In this document: positions 46,117 through 55,676 of the stretch, piece after piece
Numbering within the stretch: position 1 is the first letter of the stretch
Layout: each line of letters begins with the position of its first letter
Origin: an uncultured Pseudomonadales bacterium
GTDB lineage: Bacteria > Patescibacteriota > Microgenomatia > UBA1400 > PJMF01
Length of the DNA stretch: 64,000 nucleotides
Direction: 5' to 3'
Assembly: GCA_964556485.1 (NCBI GenBank)
Contig: CAZKVV010000002.1
Location: forward strand, 74,291-138,290
Translations under genes and position numbers: made by a program
Notes under the pieces: model-generated
Told to the model about the DNA's origin: nothing
The model's input: the letters and a program-made list of their open reading frames with translations, nothing else
The model's database searches: none

Positions 46117-47749
46117 CAGTTAAAAAGAATAAAAATCTAATACTATCATCGGCACCTTTAATAACATGCGTTGCTCTCTCTCTGGGAATATCCAAGTCTG
46201 AACCGCTAGCAACAATAAGTGCATTTGAACGTTGGAAATCAGCAATAGAAATAGGATCAGTAAAGTGGTAAGTACTGAGCGATCCACCATGATATGCAAT
46301 TGGGTTAGTCTTTCTAGCAAATAAAGCAAAAATATATGGTTGTCCGTACTCTGAGGTGAATACTATCTTGTCAACTTTTCGTTTTCCATTTAATCCGAGC
46401 TCATATTCTCTTGCCAACTGAAAGGCTTCAACATACCCTTCTGCGTAATCTTGAGTTGCCAATTTGGGAAAAACAGAATAGTAGTGATGCTGATATGCAA
46501 TAAAAAATAAAAAGTATAAAGCTATGATCGTACCAATAAATGCATGCACAATTCCGTTTTTTTCATCATGCGAACCTAAAAGCTTATGGTTGGTTTGCGT
46601 TTGTCCTAAATACGAAACAACATATTGAGCTGCTTGTACTGCAGCCAGCAAAAAACCAATGCTTGCAAGCAATCCTCTATTTGAATGTGGAACATCAGTT
46701 GTAATTATGGCTGGTATCAATCCTGCAAATAAGAAAGTAAGTATAATGATGTCTGTTTTTTTAAGTACTAATTTTCTTTTTGTTGCAATAATAAAAATGA
46801 TTCTAATAAAGTATATGCACACCAAAAGATAGGTAATTGGATTTAGAACCCCCCATTTGCCATCAGAATGTCGCAGGGTTGTTGTTGCACCTTGTATGAG
46901 AAATGCTGGTGAAAGATGCAGTGCAAGGTTTTTTCCAACACTCACAACTGCTGTTGAAAGATTTTGGTTGGAAAAGAGTGTCACATTGGCTCTTGTTAAG
47001 CCAGATCCCCAAAATGAGTCGTACAGCAGCGGAATGAGCAGGATTGTAGCTAATAATACAGCGATGCCCACCGGTTTGTATAACGAAATAATTCTTTTTC
47101 CATACAGAAACAAAAAGACTACGAGAACAAACGGAATTACGATTTTTGCACTATGGTATGCATACAAAGCTAAGACAAAGCTAACACCAGATGCCAGCAT
47201 TGAAAAAAAAACTTGCTTACTAAGCGCACTTCTCAATCCATAGAGCAAGAAGTACAGTCCCCACACATATAAAGTTAATGCTAATCCAGATTCAAATGCA
47301 CCCCTACTAAAATGGATATGCCAAGGTGAAAAAGTGAGTAAAGCAGCAAAAAGCAGACTGAGTTGTTTTCTTTTGGGATCAGAATAAAAAAGTTCGCTTG
47401 CTAATAGGCAACTACCTAAAATTGTTGCAACACCTGCTAGCACAAAAGGCACTCGCACCGCAAAGACAGTTAATCCCAAGATTGCAGTAAAAAAACTACT
47501 CATGTAGATTGCGAGTGGTGCTTTATAATCACCGAAAGATTGAAACGAAATCGGCAGCTTATGTAACCATTCATCTCTTCTGGTGTTCCAAATTGCAAAA
47601 CCGTTATAGCCTATTGCAGTCTCATCCCAAGTTAAACCGGCTGGAATAGCTGTAAACTGATAGCCTCTTATCAATAAACTGATGAGAAGTAGTAGTACTA
47701 CACCCACCCAGTACCAATTTTTAGCCAACTGGGATAAAAACTTAGTCAT
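46106..47749 (-). CDS. GT-C PMT/ArnT-like paralogue
   Basis: TWDETAIGYNG, RRDEW, SFGDYKAP, SPWHIHFSRGAFE, LRHSDG, PHSNR, YGQPYIF. Start ATG 47749. Confidence 0.82.
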   Translation of the reverse strand: MTKFLSQLAKNWYWVGVVLLLLISLLIRGYQFTAIPAGLTWDETAIGYNGFAIWNTRRDEWLHKLPISFQSFGDYKAPLAIYMSSFFTAILGLTVFAVRVPFVLAGVATILGSCLLASELFYSDPKRKQLSLLFAALLTFSPWHIHFSRGAFESGLALTLYVWGLYFLLYGLRSALSKQVFFSMLASGVSFVLALYAYHSAKIVIPFVLVVFLFLYGKRIISLYKPVGIAVLLATILLIPLLYDSFWGSGLTRANVTLFSNQNLSTAVVSVGKNLALHLSPAFLIQGATTTLRHSDGKWGVLNPITYLLVCIYFIRIIFIIATKRKLVLKKTDIIILTFLFAGLIPAIITTDVPHSNRGLLASIGFLLAAVQAAQYVVSYLGQTQTNHKLLGSHDEKNGIVHAFIGTIIALYFLFFIAYQHHYYSVFPKLATQDYAEGYVEAFQLAREYELGLNGKRKVDKIVFTSEYGQPYIFALFARKTNPIAYHGGSLSTYHFTDPISIADFQRSNALIVASGSDLDIPRERATHVIKGADDSIRFLFFLTDEQ

Positions 47750-47753
47750 AGTA

Positions 47754-48608
47754 TTAGTATACGCCAACGTGACGGATACGTCTCAAGAACCAATATGGTT
47801 TATAAATGAAATGCCAAAACAGTTGTGTAAACGTCCCATTCTTCAGAACAAATTTTTGAGCGTTTGTCCAACTCATAGCATCAATTGAGCGTGATCCAAA
47901 GGCTGTACTGTTTGTCGTTTCATGTTTATGAATTACGACAGCATCTTCACAAAAAAGCACTTTCCATCCATGTTTCTTTGCTTTAAATGACAGATCAACG
48001 TCTTCCCAATAGGCTGGATAGTATCTAGTATCAAAGCCTTCAAGTAAGATCCATTTTTGCTTATCAAACAATCCACTTCCTCCACTCACCCATGCAGTAG
48101 GACCACTTTTCATATTTGCAGCTTTTGAGTGCATGAACATTCCTTTTGCAAACCAAAGAGTATTTTTTCCAGATACTTCTCCACTTTTTGATCCAATGTA
48201 CTCTTTACAACCGACAGCAAACACGGTGGTATCTTCAAAATAGCTCGACAAGTGAAAGAGCACATCTTTTTGTGGGCTAACGTCATTATTCACTAAGAAT
48301 AGTAAGTCATGCATCGCTACTGCAACACCATTATTCACTGCGGCAGCAAATCTAACGTTTTTTTCCATTACCATTAATGAAACAACGATTTTTTTCCCTT
48401 TATTAACGTACTTATTTTGAAAATAATGATCATGAAGCTCTTCCAACTTGTACTCATCACACAAGTAAGAAACAGATGCATCAGTACTCATATCATCGAC
48501 AATTAATAATTCATCACCATCGCGTAAACAATCAATTACAACAGGAATATGTTTTTTGAGTAAATGCAGGCCATTGTAGTTTGGTATGAGCGTTGTAATT
48601 GGTTTCAT
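47754..48608 (-). CDS. GT2 glycosyltransferase
   Basis: IPNYNG, VDDMSTD, NVRFAAAVN, VNND, GFDTRYYPAYWEDVDLS. Confidence 0.9.
   Translation of the reverse strand: MKPITTLIPNYNGLHLLKKHIPVVIDCLRDGDELLIVDDMSTDASVSYLCDEYKLEELHDHYFQNKYVNKGKKIVVSLMVMEKNVRFAAAVNNGVAVAMHDLLFLVNNDVSPQKDVLFHLSSYFEDTTVFAVGCKEYIGSKSGEVSGKNTLWFAKGMFMHSKAANMKSGPTAWVSGGSGLFDKQKWILLEGFDTRYYPAYWEDVDLSFKAKKHGWKVLFCEDAVVIHKHETTNSTAFGSRSIDAMSWTNAQKFVLKNGTFTQLFWHFIYKPYWFLRRIRHVGVY
47756..47761 (-). promoter_or_regulatory. Putative internal -10 box (TATACT), 6 nt before ATG 47749
   Basis: Minus strand TATACT-aatact-ATG, overlapping the end of the upstream GT2. Confidence 0.5.
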
Positions 48609-49681
48609 AGTTCAAAAAAATGTAGTACTCTTTTAACAAATGCTTCTTCTCCAAAGTGCTTTGCTCGTTGTCGGGCCAAACTTGCAACAGAATGCATCAA
48701 AATAGGTTGACGCAGTAACTGAGCAGTGATAGCAATGCATTCTTCTGGTGAGTTCCATAAATAAGTTGAGAGCTTTTCACCAAGTACTTCTGGTTGACCA
48801 CCTTTTTTGTGTACTACTGGCACCACTCCATATGACATCGCTTCTAAAGTGGTAATGCCAAAATGTTCAACATTTTCAGGATTTTTTGATTCATCAACAC
48901 CAAATCCTGCTGCATGCCAATATATTTGTGCATCTTTATACCATTGTGTTAGTTCTTTTGTAGTCGCATTTGGGTATATCTCAACTTGCAGTCCTTTTGA
49001 CATAGCTACAACTTCATCAAAGAACTGTTGATTTTCAACATTACCAACTAGTACTAACTTCCAACCTTTACTTTCTTTTGGAAAACGTTCACACAGTTTT
49101 CTAAAATTTTGTACAACTACATCCTGTCGTTTTGCATGAAGATGGGTGAAAAATCTCCCAACCGAAAGAATAACTTTTTGTTTACGTTCGGATACTCGTT
49201 TTGGAAGTATGACCATTGGATAATGAATATCTTGAACAGAAGTGTTCCAAGACTTTTCGATTACTTTTTTGGTAAAGGCTGAATTTGTGTTTTTATACTT
49301 CCAATGAGTTAACTTTAGTCTTTCGATCAGTGAAGTTTTGGTTTGTGAAAAAGGAATCTGAATATGAGCTAACCTTTTTTTTGAACCAGTAAAGAAAAAA
49401 CTACCGTCAGTCACGTAATAAATGACATCGAACTGTGCAGTCCAAGCTATTTTGGTTAGTATGGTACCTTTTGCTAAAGGGCTACTCACAAACGTAAGCT
49501 GAGATAAGGAAGTACCTAAAAAAGTTTGATACTGTTCTTTCACAGCTTCTGCATCTGAATCACTGGGTAGAGCAATAGTAACTGAATGCTTAGTTGCTGC
49601 AGCAATGGCGGTATCAAATAAATGCTTTTCTCCACCTCCAAAATGTTTAGGGATGTAGGGAGAATAAAAACAAATGTTCAT
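48605..49681 (-). CDS. GT4 glycosyltransferase (ALG11-like subgroup)
   Basis: FGGGEKH, SVGRFFTHLHAKRQD, IYWHAAG, EHFGITTLEAM, GGQPE. Start 49681 (ATGA overlap). Confidence 0.9.
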   Translation of the reverse strand: MNICFYSPYIPKHFGGGEKHLFDTAIAAATKHSVTIALPSDSDAEAVKEQYQTFLGTSLSQLTFVSSPLAKGTILTKIAWTAQFDVIYYVTDGSFFFTGSKKRLAHIQIPFSQTKTSLIERLKLTHWKYKNTNSAFTKKVIEKSWNTSVQDIHYPMVILPKRVSERKQKVILSVGRFFTHLHAKRQDVVVQNFRKLCERFPKESKGWKLVLVGNVENQQFFDEVVAMSKGLQVEIYPNATTKELTQWYKDAQIYWHAAGFGVDESKNPENVEHFGITTLEAMSYGVVPVVHKKGGQPEVLGEKLSTYLWNSPEECIAITAQLLRQPILMHSVASLARQRAKHFGEEAFVKRVLHFFEL

Positions 49682-50496
49682 CCCTTTGACTTCCATTTTT
49701 TTTGCAGTTCTTTTTCTAAGATTTCATATCGATCTGAGATGCTTGGTTGTTGTTGCAGTTCCCAAACTTGAATATAGACCCATACTCTATTCATAGCCTG
49801 GATGAGTGCTTCAACTACACCTGACATTCCATCCTTGTAGCCTTTTTGCGCAATAGCTCTTCTAAAAAATTCCATGCCACCTTTTCGAAAAAGGGTCATG
49901 GCTGTAACAGGCTCAATTCCGGCTTTAATAAATGCAGCCGCTTCCATTGGTGTCCACTCAATACTCTTTTTTAAATTACTCACCACTGAACGATGAGTAA
50001 AATGGAGTAACGGAGAATTAAGTAGCTGCGAGGCACCAGTGTACCGAGCGCTTTCGTGAATATCTCCATACCATCCCTCTAAATTAGTCATTTGAAAAAC
50101 CCTAGTTACTTGATCATTCTGCCAGCCTCCATAAGAGACCTCATGACCAAAGAAGTAGTTTTTTCGAAGCAAAGTAAATGCCGAAGCAACATTAGTTTCG
50201 ATTTTAACACTCAGTTCTTTTGCCAATGATGGAGAAACTCGTTCGTCAGCATCAATGTAAAAAACCCAGCCTGTTTTGACATACTTTAGTGCTTCTTCTC
50301 GTGTTCTGGCAAATGAATTTGACTTAATTGCAACAACTGTTGCGCCAGCCATTTCTGCAATTTCACTCGTTGCGTCAGTAGATCCATTATCAATTACGAG
50401 AATAGCCTCGCACCATTTTAAGGTATCAATACAATTGAGAATCATTGCTTCCTCATTTCGGGCAATGATAACTGCTGTGAGATTGTTCTTTTGCAT
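49678..50496 (-). CDS. GT2, KdtX/WaaE-like
   Basis: ARNEE, IDNGSTD, IDADERV, RKNYFFG, IHE, GYKDG. Confidence 0.88.
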   Translation of the reverse strand: MQKNNLTAVIIARNEEAMILNCIDTLKWCEAILVIDNGSTDATSEIAEMAGATVVAIKSNSFARTREEALKYVKTGWVFYIDADERVSPSLAKELSVKIETNVASAFTLLRKNYFFGHEVSYGGWQNDQVTRVFQMTNLEGWYGDIHESARYTGASQLLNSPLLHFTHRSVVSNLKKSIEWTPMEAAAFIKAGIEPVTAMTLFRKGGMEFFRRAIAQKGYKDGMSGVVEALIQAMNRVWVYIQVWELQQQPSISDRYEILEKELQKKWKSKG

Positions 50497-50506
50497 GTTT
50501 ATTCCA

Positions 50507-51427
50507 CTATTCGACACTTAGCACCACTGGTTGTTTACCAAATCTACGTAGTGCAAAATCAATTGCTGCTTGTTGTTCTAAGCTACTTGCAGAAAGTATG
50601 TAGGTAACCCACACTCTTAAGGCTAACAGTTTATTCCTTAGACTACCATGCTGAAATGAAAATAATAGTCTGTTTCTAGCAATGTAATAATTGTGAATTT
50701 GAGAACCAGATCCTCCGCTGGATTTTGCATTTTTGTGCCAAATATGTGAACTAGAACAAAAACCGAGTGTATACCCAGCATCTTTAATTCTCGCGCTTAA
50801 ATCAACATCTTCAAAATAGAGAAAATAGCGTTTATCAAACATTCCGACTTTTTCTAGAGCTTCACGTTTAATAAGCATACAGCAACCTGTGGCAAAGTCA
50901 GTTGTTTGTAGAGCATCAAAATGACCTCTGTCTATTTCATCAACTCCTCGGTGAAAAGCTGAAAGACTCGTCCAATCAATACTTCCACCAGCATACCAGA
51001 GAACATTTCCTCTATCACTTCTGGAGTAACTATCATGGTACTCATCTCCAGGATAAAAATAGATCTTGGGACAAACCACGCCATGTTCAGGTGTTTCTAA
51101 ACTACACTTTACAAGATTGGTCAAAAATGTAGCATCAACCGTTGTGTCATTATTGAGCAGCAATACATACTCTGAATTATGACGTTCAATTGCATTATAA
51201 ATACCAAGATTGTTTCCCCCGGTAAAACCTAAATTTGCCTCACTTCGTAAGACTTCAAAATGAGACGTATCAATGCCAGCAGGTAATGAATACTGCTCCA
51301 CTGAGCCATTATCGACGACAAGCGCATTCCACTTCAAATCTTTTGATTTAATTATACTCAGTGATGCAATGCAGTCATCAGTTTCTTTTTTCGAATTGTA
51401 GGTTACAACAATTATTGATATGTGCAT
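50507..51427 (-). CDS. GT2 glycosyltransferase (WbbL-like)
   Basis: VTYN, VDNGS, NLGFTGGNN, LLNND, TGCCMLI, FDKRYFLYFEDVD; TATAAT at 51440-51445 (-) lies 12 nt upstream. Confidence 0.92.
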   Translation of the reverse strand: MHISIIVVTYNSKKETDDCIASLSIIKSKDLKWNALVVDNGSVEQYSLPAGIDTSHFEVLRSEANLGFTGGNNLGIYNAIERHNSEYVLLLNNDTTVDATFLTNLVKCSLETPEHGVVCPKIYFYPGDEYHDSYSRSDRGNVLWYAGGSIDWTSLSAFHRGVDEIDRGHFDALQTTDFATGCCMLIKREALEKVGMFDKRYFLYFEDVDLSARIKDAGYTLGFCSSSHIWHKNAKSSGGSGSQIHNYYIARNRLLFSFQHGSLRNKLLALRVWVTYILSASSLEQQAAIDFALRRFGKQPVVLSVE

Positions 51428-51459
51428 GTATCTAATGTGATTATATCGTACCCTCTTAA

Positions 51460-52356
51460 CTACAACTTACATTTTCTTTTAAATCGCGCAATCAATGCTC
51501 TAAGTGGTGAGCAATGTGACACCTCCCAATCAGCAATCCAATAATTTAATTCTCTCTGAAACTGACGCAACTCAAAAACTATTTGCTGCTGATCAGCTTG
51601 TGTTGGCTTGCTTCCTGCAAGTTCCCAACGCTTCATGGCCAATACTACTTCAGAAAAAGCCTGTAAATAACTTAGCCCTAAACCATGAATTCCCTCATCA
51701 ATACCCTGTTTAGCAAACAATCGCGTAAGTAATTCAGCTCGAAATTGAGCAAGTACTGTTGTCACAGCATTATTTGAAAGCGGACCACTTTCTTTTGCCT
51801 GAATGCTTGTATAGTTATTCATTCTTTCAACATATTGTGTGAGTGATGTGTAGTTGGTATGAACCAAACAGGCTTCAAAACTTTGTGGCAAATATGCACT
51901 AGATCCGCGTAAGGTAGGAACAGAGTGTATCTTGTCAGACCATTCAACCATTCCTTTCTTAAACAATCTCAACTGGTAGTCTGGCCACCAGCCACTATTT
52001 TCAATTGACTTACCAAAAATGAGATTACGTCTAGGAATGAAGTAGGCATCTGCCTGCGCTGCCTCAATTATTTTCTGTATATCTTCTATTAAACTAGGAG
52101 TCACAACTTCATCTGCATCAACTAACAACACCCAATCTGTCGTAACTTTAGATAGTGCGAAGTTACGAGCAGGCTCAACATATCCAACATCATCAAACTC
52201 AAAGGTGTTTTTAGTATACTTTTTTACCAACTCTAACGTGTCGTCTGTGCTATGCATATCAACAACAAGTGTTGAATCTGCAAATGCTACCGATTTGAGT
52301 GCCGCTTCTACTGTACTGCTGGAATTTTTAGTATGAATAATTGCCGTTAACTGCAT
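51460..52356 (-). CDS. GT2, KdtX/WaaE-like
   Basis: TKN, VDMHSTDDT, EPARN, VDADE, PRRNLIFG, WWPDYQLRLF. Confidence 0.88.
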   Translation of the reverse strand: MQLTAIIHTKNSSSTVEAALKSVAFADSTLVVDMHSTDDTLELVKKYTKNTFEFDDVGYVEPARNFALSKVTTDWVLLVDADEVVTPSLIEDIQKIIEAAQADAYFIPRRNLIFGKSIENSGWWPDYQLRLFKKGMVEWSDKIHSVPTLRGSSAYLPQSFEACLVHTNYTSLTQYVERMNNYTSIQAKESGPLSNNAVTTVLAQFRAELLTRLFAKQGIDEGIHGLGLSYLQAFSEVVLAMKRWELAGSKPTQADQQQIVFELRQFQRELNYWIADWEVSHCSPLRALIARFKRKCKL

Positions 52357-53864
52357 TATCGTAAACTCCTAATCTCTTGTACCAGTTTAGCACGACCAAC
52401 AATCAGAACTGCGATGACATATACAACTACCATTACAACTCCACCCAGCATGAAATGCAAAATGCTTTTTTGCCAAATAGGTATTCCCACCCAACCCACA
52501 ATACACATCACAATTGCGGCTACTGTCTGTCTCCAAAGCGCTTCACCAAAGGCAAGTGGCACCACTTTATTGACAAAATAGAGTGGAACAAAAGAGGTGA
52601 ATGAGATACAAAATGCTGCAACAGCGACTCCATTAAAACCAAACACCCAAATGCATATTGGCGTTACGATCCAGGTTAAAATAATCCACATAACCATTAA
52701 CCACAACGTCGTGTTAATTTTGCCAATGGCTGTAAGTGCGTTAGTAAGTGGTGTTGAGATTGCGCTCCAGCCTATACTTGCAGTAAACAGAATTAAACTT
52801 AGGATAGCTGGTTGCCATTTTGCATAGACTGGTAGAACCAAAACTAAAGGGCCACTTAACACTATCATTCCAGCTAACATAGGAAAAAGAATGATAGTTA
52901 TAAAAAAGAGTGATTTTTCTATGGCCTTTTTTAGTAACTGCGTATGACCCTGTAACCGCGAAAAAGTTGGAAAGGTAATTGCCATAACATTCTGCACAGT
53001 CAAACTGTACGGATACATAGACCATTGTTTAGCCCAGTTAATATATCCAAATTCTTTATTTGATAACGTTAGGCCAAGCACTAAATAGAACAGCTGATCT
53101 TTTACCCTAGCAAGCAAATCATTAACTTGAAACTTTGCTCCAAAACCAAGCAGTGACTTTAATGCTGGTTTATCCCATGCAAAACCAATTTTCCAAGGCT
53201 GTAGATACATCATTACTACCGTACCTACAATAGATCTGATTATGATTGCATACGCAAATGAGAGTACCCCTTTGCCATTTAGTACCAGGTACAAAAGTGT
53301 TACCTGAAATACAATTTGTTCAACAATTTGCGGCAGTACCAGTTTGGAAAAATTGAGTTTCCTTTCCAACATAACAGAAGAAACAGTCTTAATGGTAGCA
53401 AGTGGAAATGAAAGTGCAGTTGCCACTAAAATCCAAAATCCTGCATCTCCTGCTTTTTCTTTGAATAGTGGCGATAATCCAATTGCTGTTGCCGCAATTA
53501 CGATCACCCAACTAAGAATCTGTTGTAAAGTAAAGGCGGTTCGGTAATCTGCTAATTTTGGTGTCTCCTTTTTTTGTATTAATGCTGCGGCTAAACCAAC
53601 ATCTGAAACAAAGGTGAGTAAACCAATGATTTGCAACACTATGCCATATACTCCAAAGTCTTCTGGTGAAAGATACACGCCGAGAATTGCTGCAGAAATA
53701 AACCCTATGACATTGATGAAACCTGTTCGAATAAAATAAGAAACAGCACCCGAAACAGAACGTTTTTTAATTTTTTGTAACGTTTCTGCTTCAATTCCAT
53801 CACCGTCACCAACTGAAACGAGTTCATCCTCACTTTGAGTAATCTGTGATGCTACTTGGGCCAT
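52356..53864 (-). CDS. WzxC-like flippase
   Basis: LSPEDFGVY, SDVGLAAALIQKK, LERKLNF, FPTFSRLQ, KWQPA. Confidence 0.9.
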   Translation of the reverse strand: MAQVASQITQSEDELVSVGDGDGIEAETLQKIKKRSVSGAVSYFIRTGFINVIGFISAAILGVYLSPEDFGVYGIVLQIIGLLTFVSDVGLAAALIQKKETPKLADYRTAFTLQQILSWVIVIAATAIGLSPLFKEKAGDAGFWILVATALSFPLATIKTVSSVMLERKLNFSKLVLPQIVEQIVFQVTLLYLVLNGKGVLSFAYAIIIRSIVGTVVMMYLQPWKIGFAWDKPALKSLLGFGAKFQVNDLLARVKDQLFYLVLGLTLSNKEFGYINWAKQWSMYPYSLTVQNVMAITFPTFSRLQGHTQLLKKAIEKSLFFITIILFPMLAGMIVLSGPLVLVLPVYAKWQPAILSLILFTASIGWSAISTPLTNALTAIGKINTTLWLMVMWIILTWIVTPICIWVFGFNGVAVAAFCISFTSFVPLYFVNKVVPLAFGEALWRQTVAAIVMCIVGWVGIPIWQKSILHFMLGGVVMVVVYVIAVLIVGRAKLVQEIRSLR

Positions 53865-55630
53865 GATTTCTTTCTAAAATGCTCTACTCTTTTTGACTCT
53901 GAAAAAACAATAAGTATTGAGAGTGTTACCACTATTGAGACAGCAGTCGCCCAATCGCTTGCTAATCTGATTGGAGTTGATTGAAGTTGTATTCCAACCA
54001 TATGTATGCCTTGTGTCAGCGCCACATCAATGGTTCCTGTAGTGCTCACACTATGACTGACTTCTTCGCCATCAATCTCAACTACCCAACCCGGAAAATC
54101 AGAAATAGCAAAAGAAATTGTCACATCTCGATCGGCCTCGATGGCATATAATCGTTCATGAGCTCTTTCAACCAGAGGTGTGATTGTTCTACATTCTGTT
54201 TCACATATAAGTGTAGAAACTGGTGGGACTTGAGAGTTTTCAGGATCAAATTTTGAAGGAATAAAGTCAGGTAAAATACCACTCATATCTTTTTGAATAC
54301 GAGCTGGTTCTTCGTAATACAAACCCGCAGCATCATCTAAATGGCGTTCAGGCTTAAAATACAGTGTATTAAGCGTTACCAGCAAGCCAAGAATTGAAAA
54401 AAAATAGATCATTTTGGCAACTCGCTTTTTAAGTAAGAAGAATGGTACACCTGCAAGCATCGCTAAGAAAAAGCTAGCTACACTTAAAAATCTCCAAGGA
54501 AACTGAACGTACTGAAGTAACGGTATGTGTTGCCATAGTGAATATGAACGCTGCAGCGTCATGAACAGTGAGGCAAAGAAAAAAACCAGTAAGCTGAAAA
54601 AGAGTAAGTATTTTTGTAAAAACACTTGAACAGATGCTTTTTCTGGTTTCTTCAAAAATTTTCGAGAAAATTGGATCTTTTTCTGCAACAACATTACTCC
54701 GGTAATAATAAGTCCAAACAGCTGACCAAATCCAAGGAAAAAGGAAAGTTTGTCATCAGGGCCCCACTCAGATCCGCCATATGCCCATTCAAAATCAAAA
54801 AACTGACGGATATATAAAAAGTGGAGTGAATAGTTGAAGTAATCATCTAAAATTGCTCCACTCATCTGGGTATAGCCTTTTTCGAGAAATGCAGGGAAAA
54901 GATAAAATGCTGAAAGTCCAATTGCGAGCAGGACAGCTCCAAAGCCATAGATACTCATTTCGATAATGACTTGTGTACGAGTTTTCTTCAGAATTTCCAC
55001 AACAATCATGAGCACAAAAAAGAGCATTAAAAATGGAAGTGCAATTAAAGTGGTTAGATTATGACTTAGGAAAAGTACTAGGCAACCAAACAAGATTGCT
55101 AAAAATCCTTTTTTACTTGAAGTCTTTACAGCAAAGAAACCATACATAATCCAAGGCAGAGCCATCATCCCCCAGGCTTCACTGACCGCACCTCGAATAA
55201 ATAGGTTTAAAGCTCTGTAGGGTGCAAATGCTACTGCATAGGCTACTAGTATTCCAGCCCACCTACTTTCAAAGACACTTTTACCGAGAAAATAGCCACC
55301 AATGACCGTTCCTAAACTTGTCAGTAAAAATAACAATTTAACGCTAGTCACGAGTGGTAAGCCAAGCAAGTAGAAAAAGGCACCAACATAGTATGGAAGA
55401 GGCGCATAAAACTCAAAGAGTGGCATTCCATACCCATATCCAAAATTTGCGCTCCATCTAACAGGAATTTGACCTTGTGAGATACCTGCAGCCATCTCTA
55501 CAATCCGAGCACCGTGTACAAAGTCATGAATCGCAAACATGCCAGGTCTAAGTAGCGGCCAAGATGTTAAGAAAACAGCAACAGCTAAAAAAAGAAAAGA
55601 AAAATAAGATATAATTTTTTTCATCGGCAC
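53852..55630 (-). CDS. 'PTPS-related' GT-C-type membrane protein
   Basis: IHDFVHGAR, GQIPVRW, GYGMPLFEFYAP, RGAVSE, FYLFPAFLE, WAYGG, VQFPWRF, FPGW. Start is GTG 55630 or ATG 55624. Confidence 0.8.
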   Translation of the reverse strand: MPMKKIISYFSFLFLAVAVFLTSWPLLRPGMFAIHDFVHGARIVEMAAGISQGQIPVRWSANFGYGYGMPLFEFYAPLPYYVGAFFYLLGLPLVTSVKLLFLLTSLGTVIGGYFLGKSVFESRWAGILVAYAVAFAPYRALNLFIRGAVSEAWGMMALPWIMYGFFAVKTSSKKGFLAILFGCLVLFLSHNLTTLIALPFLMLFFVLMIVVEILKKTRTQVIIEMSIYGFGAVLLAIGLSAFYLFPAFLEKGYTQMSGAILDDYFNYSLHFLYIRQFFDFEWAYGGSEWGPDDKLSFFLGFGQLFGLIITGVMLLQKKIQFSRKFLKKPEKASVQVFLQKYLLFFSLLVFFFASLFMTLQRSYSLWQHIPLLQYVQFPWRFLSVASFFLAMLAGVPFFLLKKRVAKMIYFFSILGLLVTLNTLYFKPERHLDDAAGLYYEEPARIQKDMSGILPDFIPSKFDPENSQVPPVSTLICETECRTITPLVERAHERLYAIEADRDVTISFAISDFPGWVVEIDGEEVSHSVSTTGTIDVALTQGIHMVGIQLQSTPIRLASDWATAVSIVVTLSILIVFSESKRVEHFRKKSWPK

Positions 55631-55634
55631 TACT

Positions 55635-55670
55635 ATTCTATCAACAGTTATATCAGATTAGAAATAGAAT
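55635..55670. promoter_or_regulatory. Divergent pair of TAGAAT -10 boxes (- 55635-55640; + 55665-55670)
   Basis: Plus: TAGAAT-taactc-ATG 55677. Minus: TAGAAT 4 nt before GTG 55630 and 10 nt before ATG 55624. Confidence 0.6.
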
Positions 55671-55676
55671 TAACTC

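Noticed and set aside
21071-47211. A/T homopolymers of 8-9 nt in GT genes (for example 21071-21079, 24640-24648, 25197-25205, 47203-47211) as phase-variation tracts
   Set aside because: Expected in AT-rich DNA rich in Lys/Phe codons; all frames are intact and there are no long G/C tracts.
55634-55671. ATTCTAT...ATAGAAT inverted repeat as an operator or terminator
   Set aside because: Explained by two divergent TAGAAT -10 boxes.
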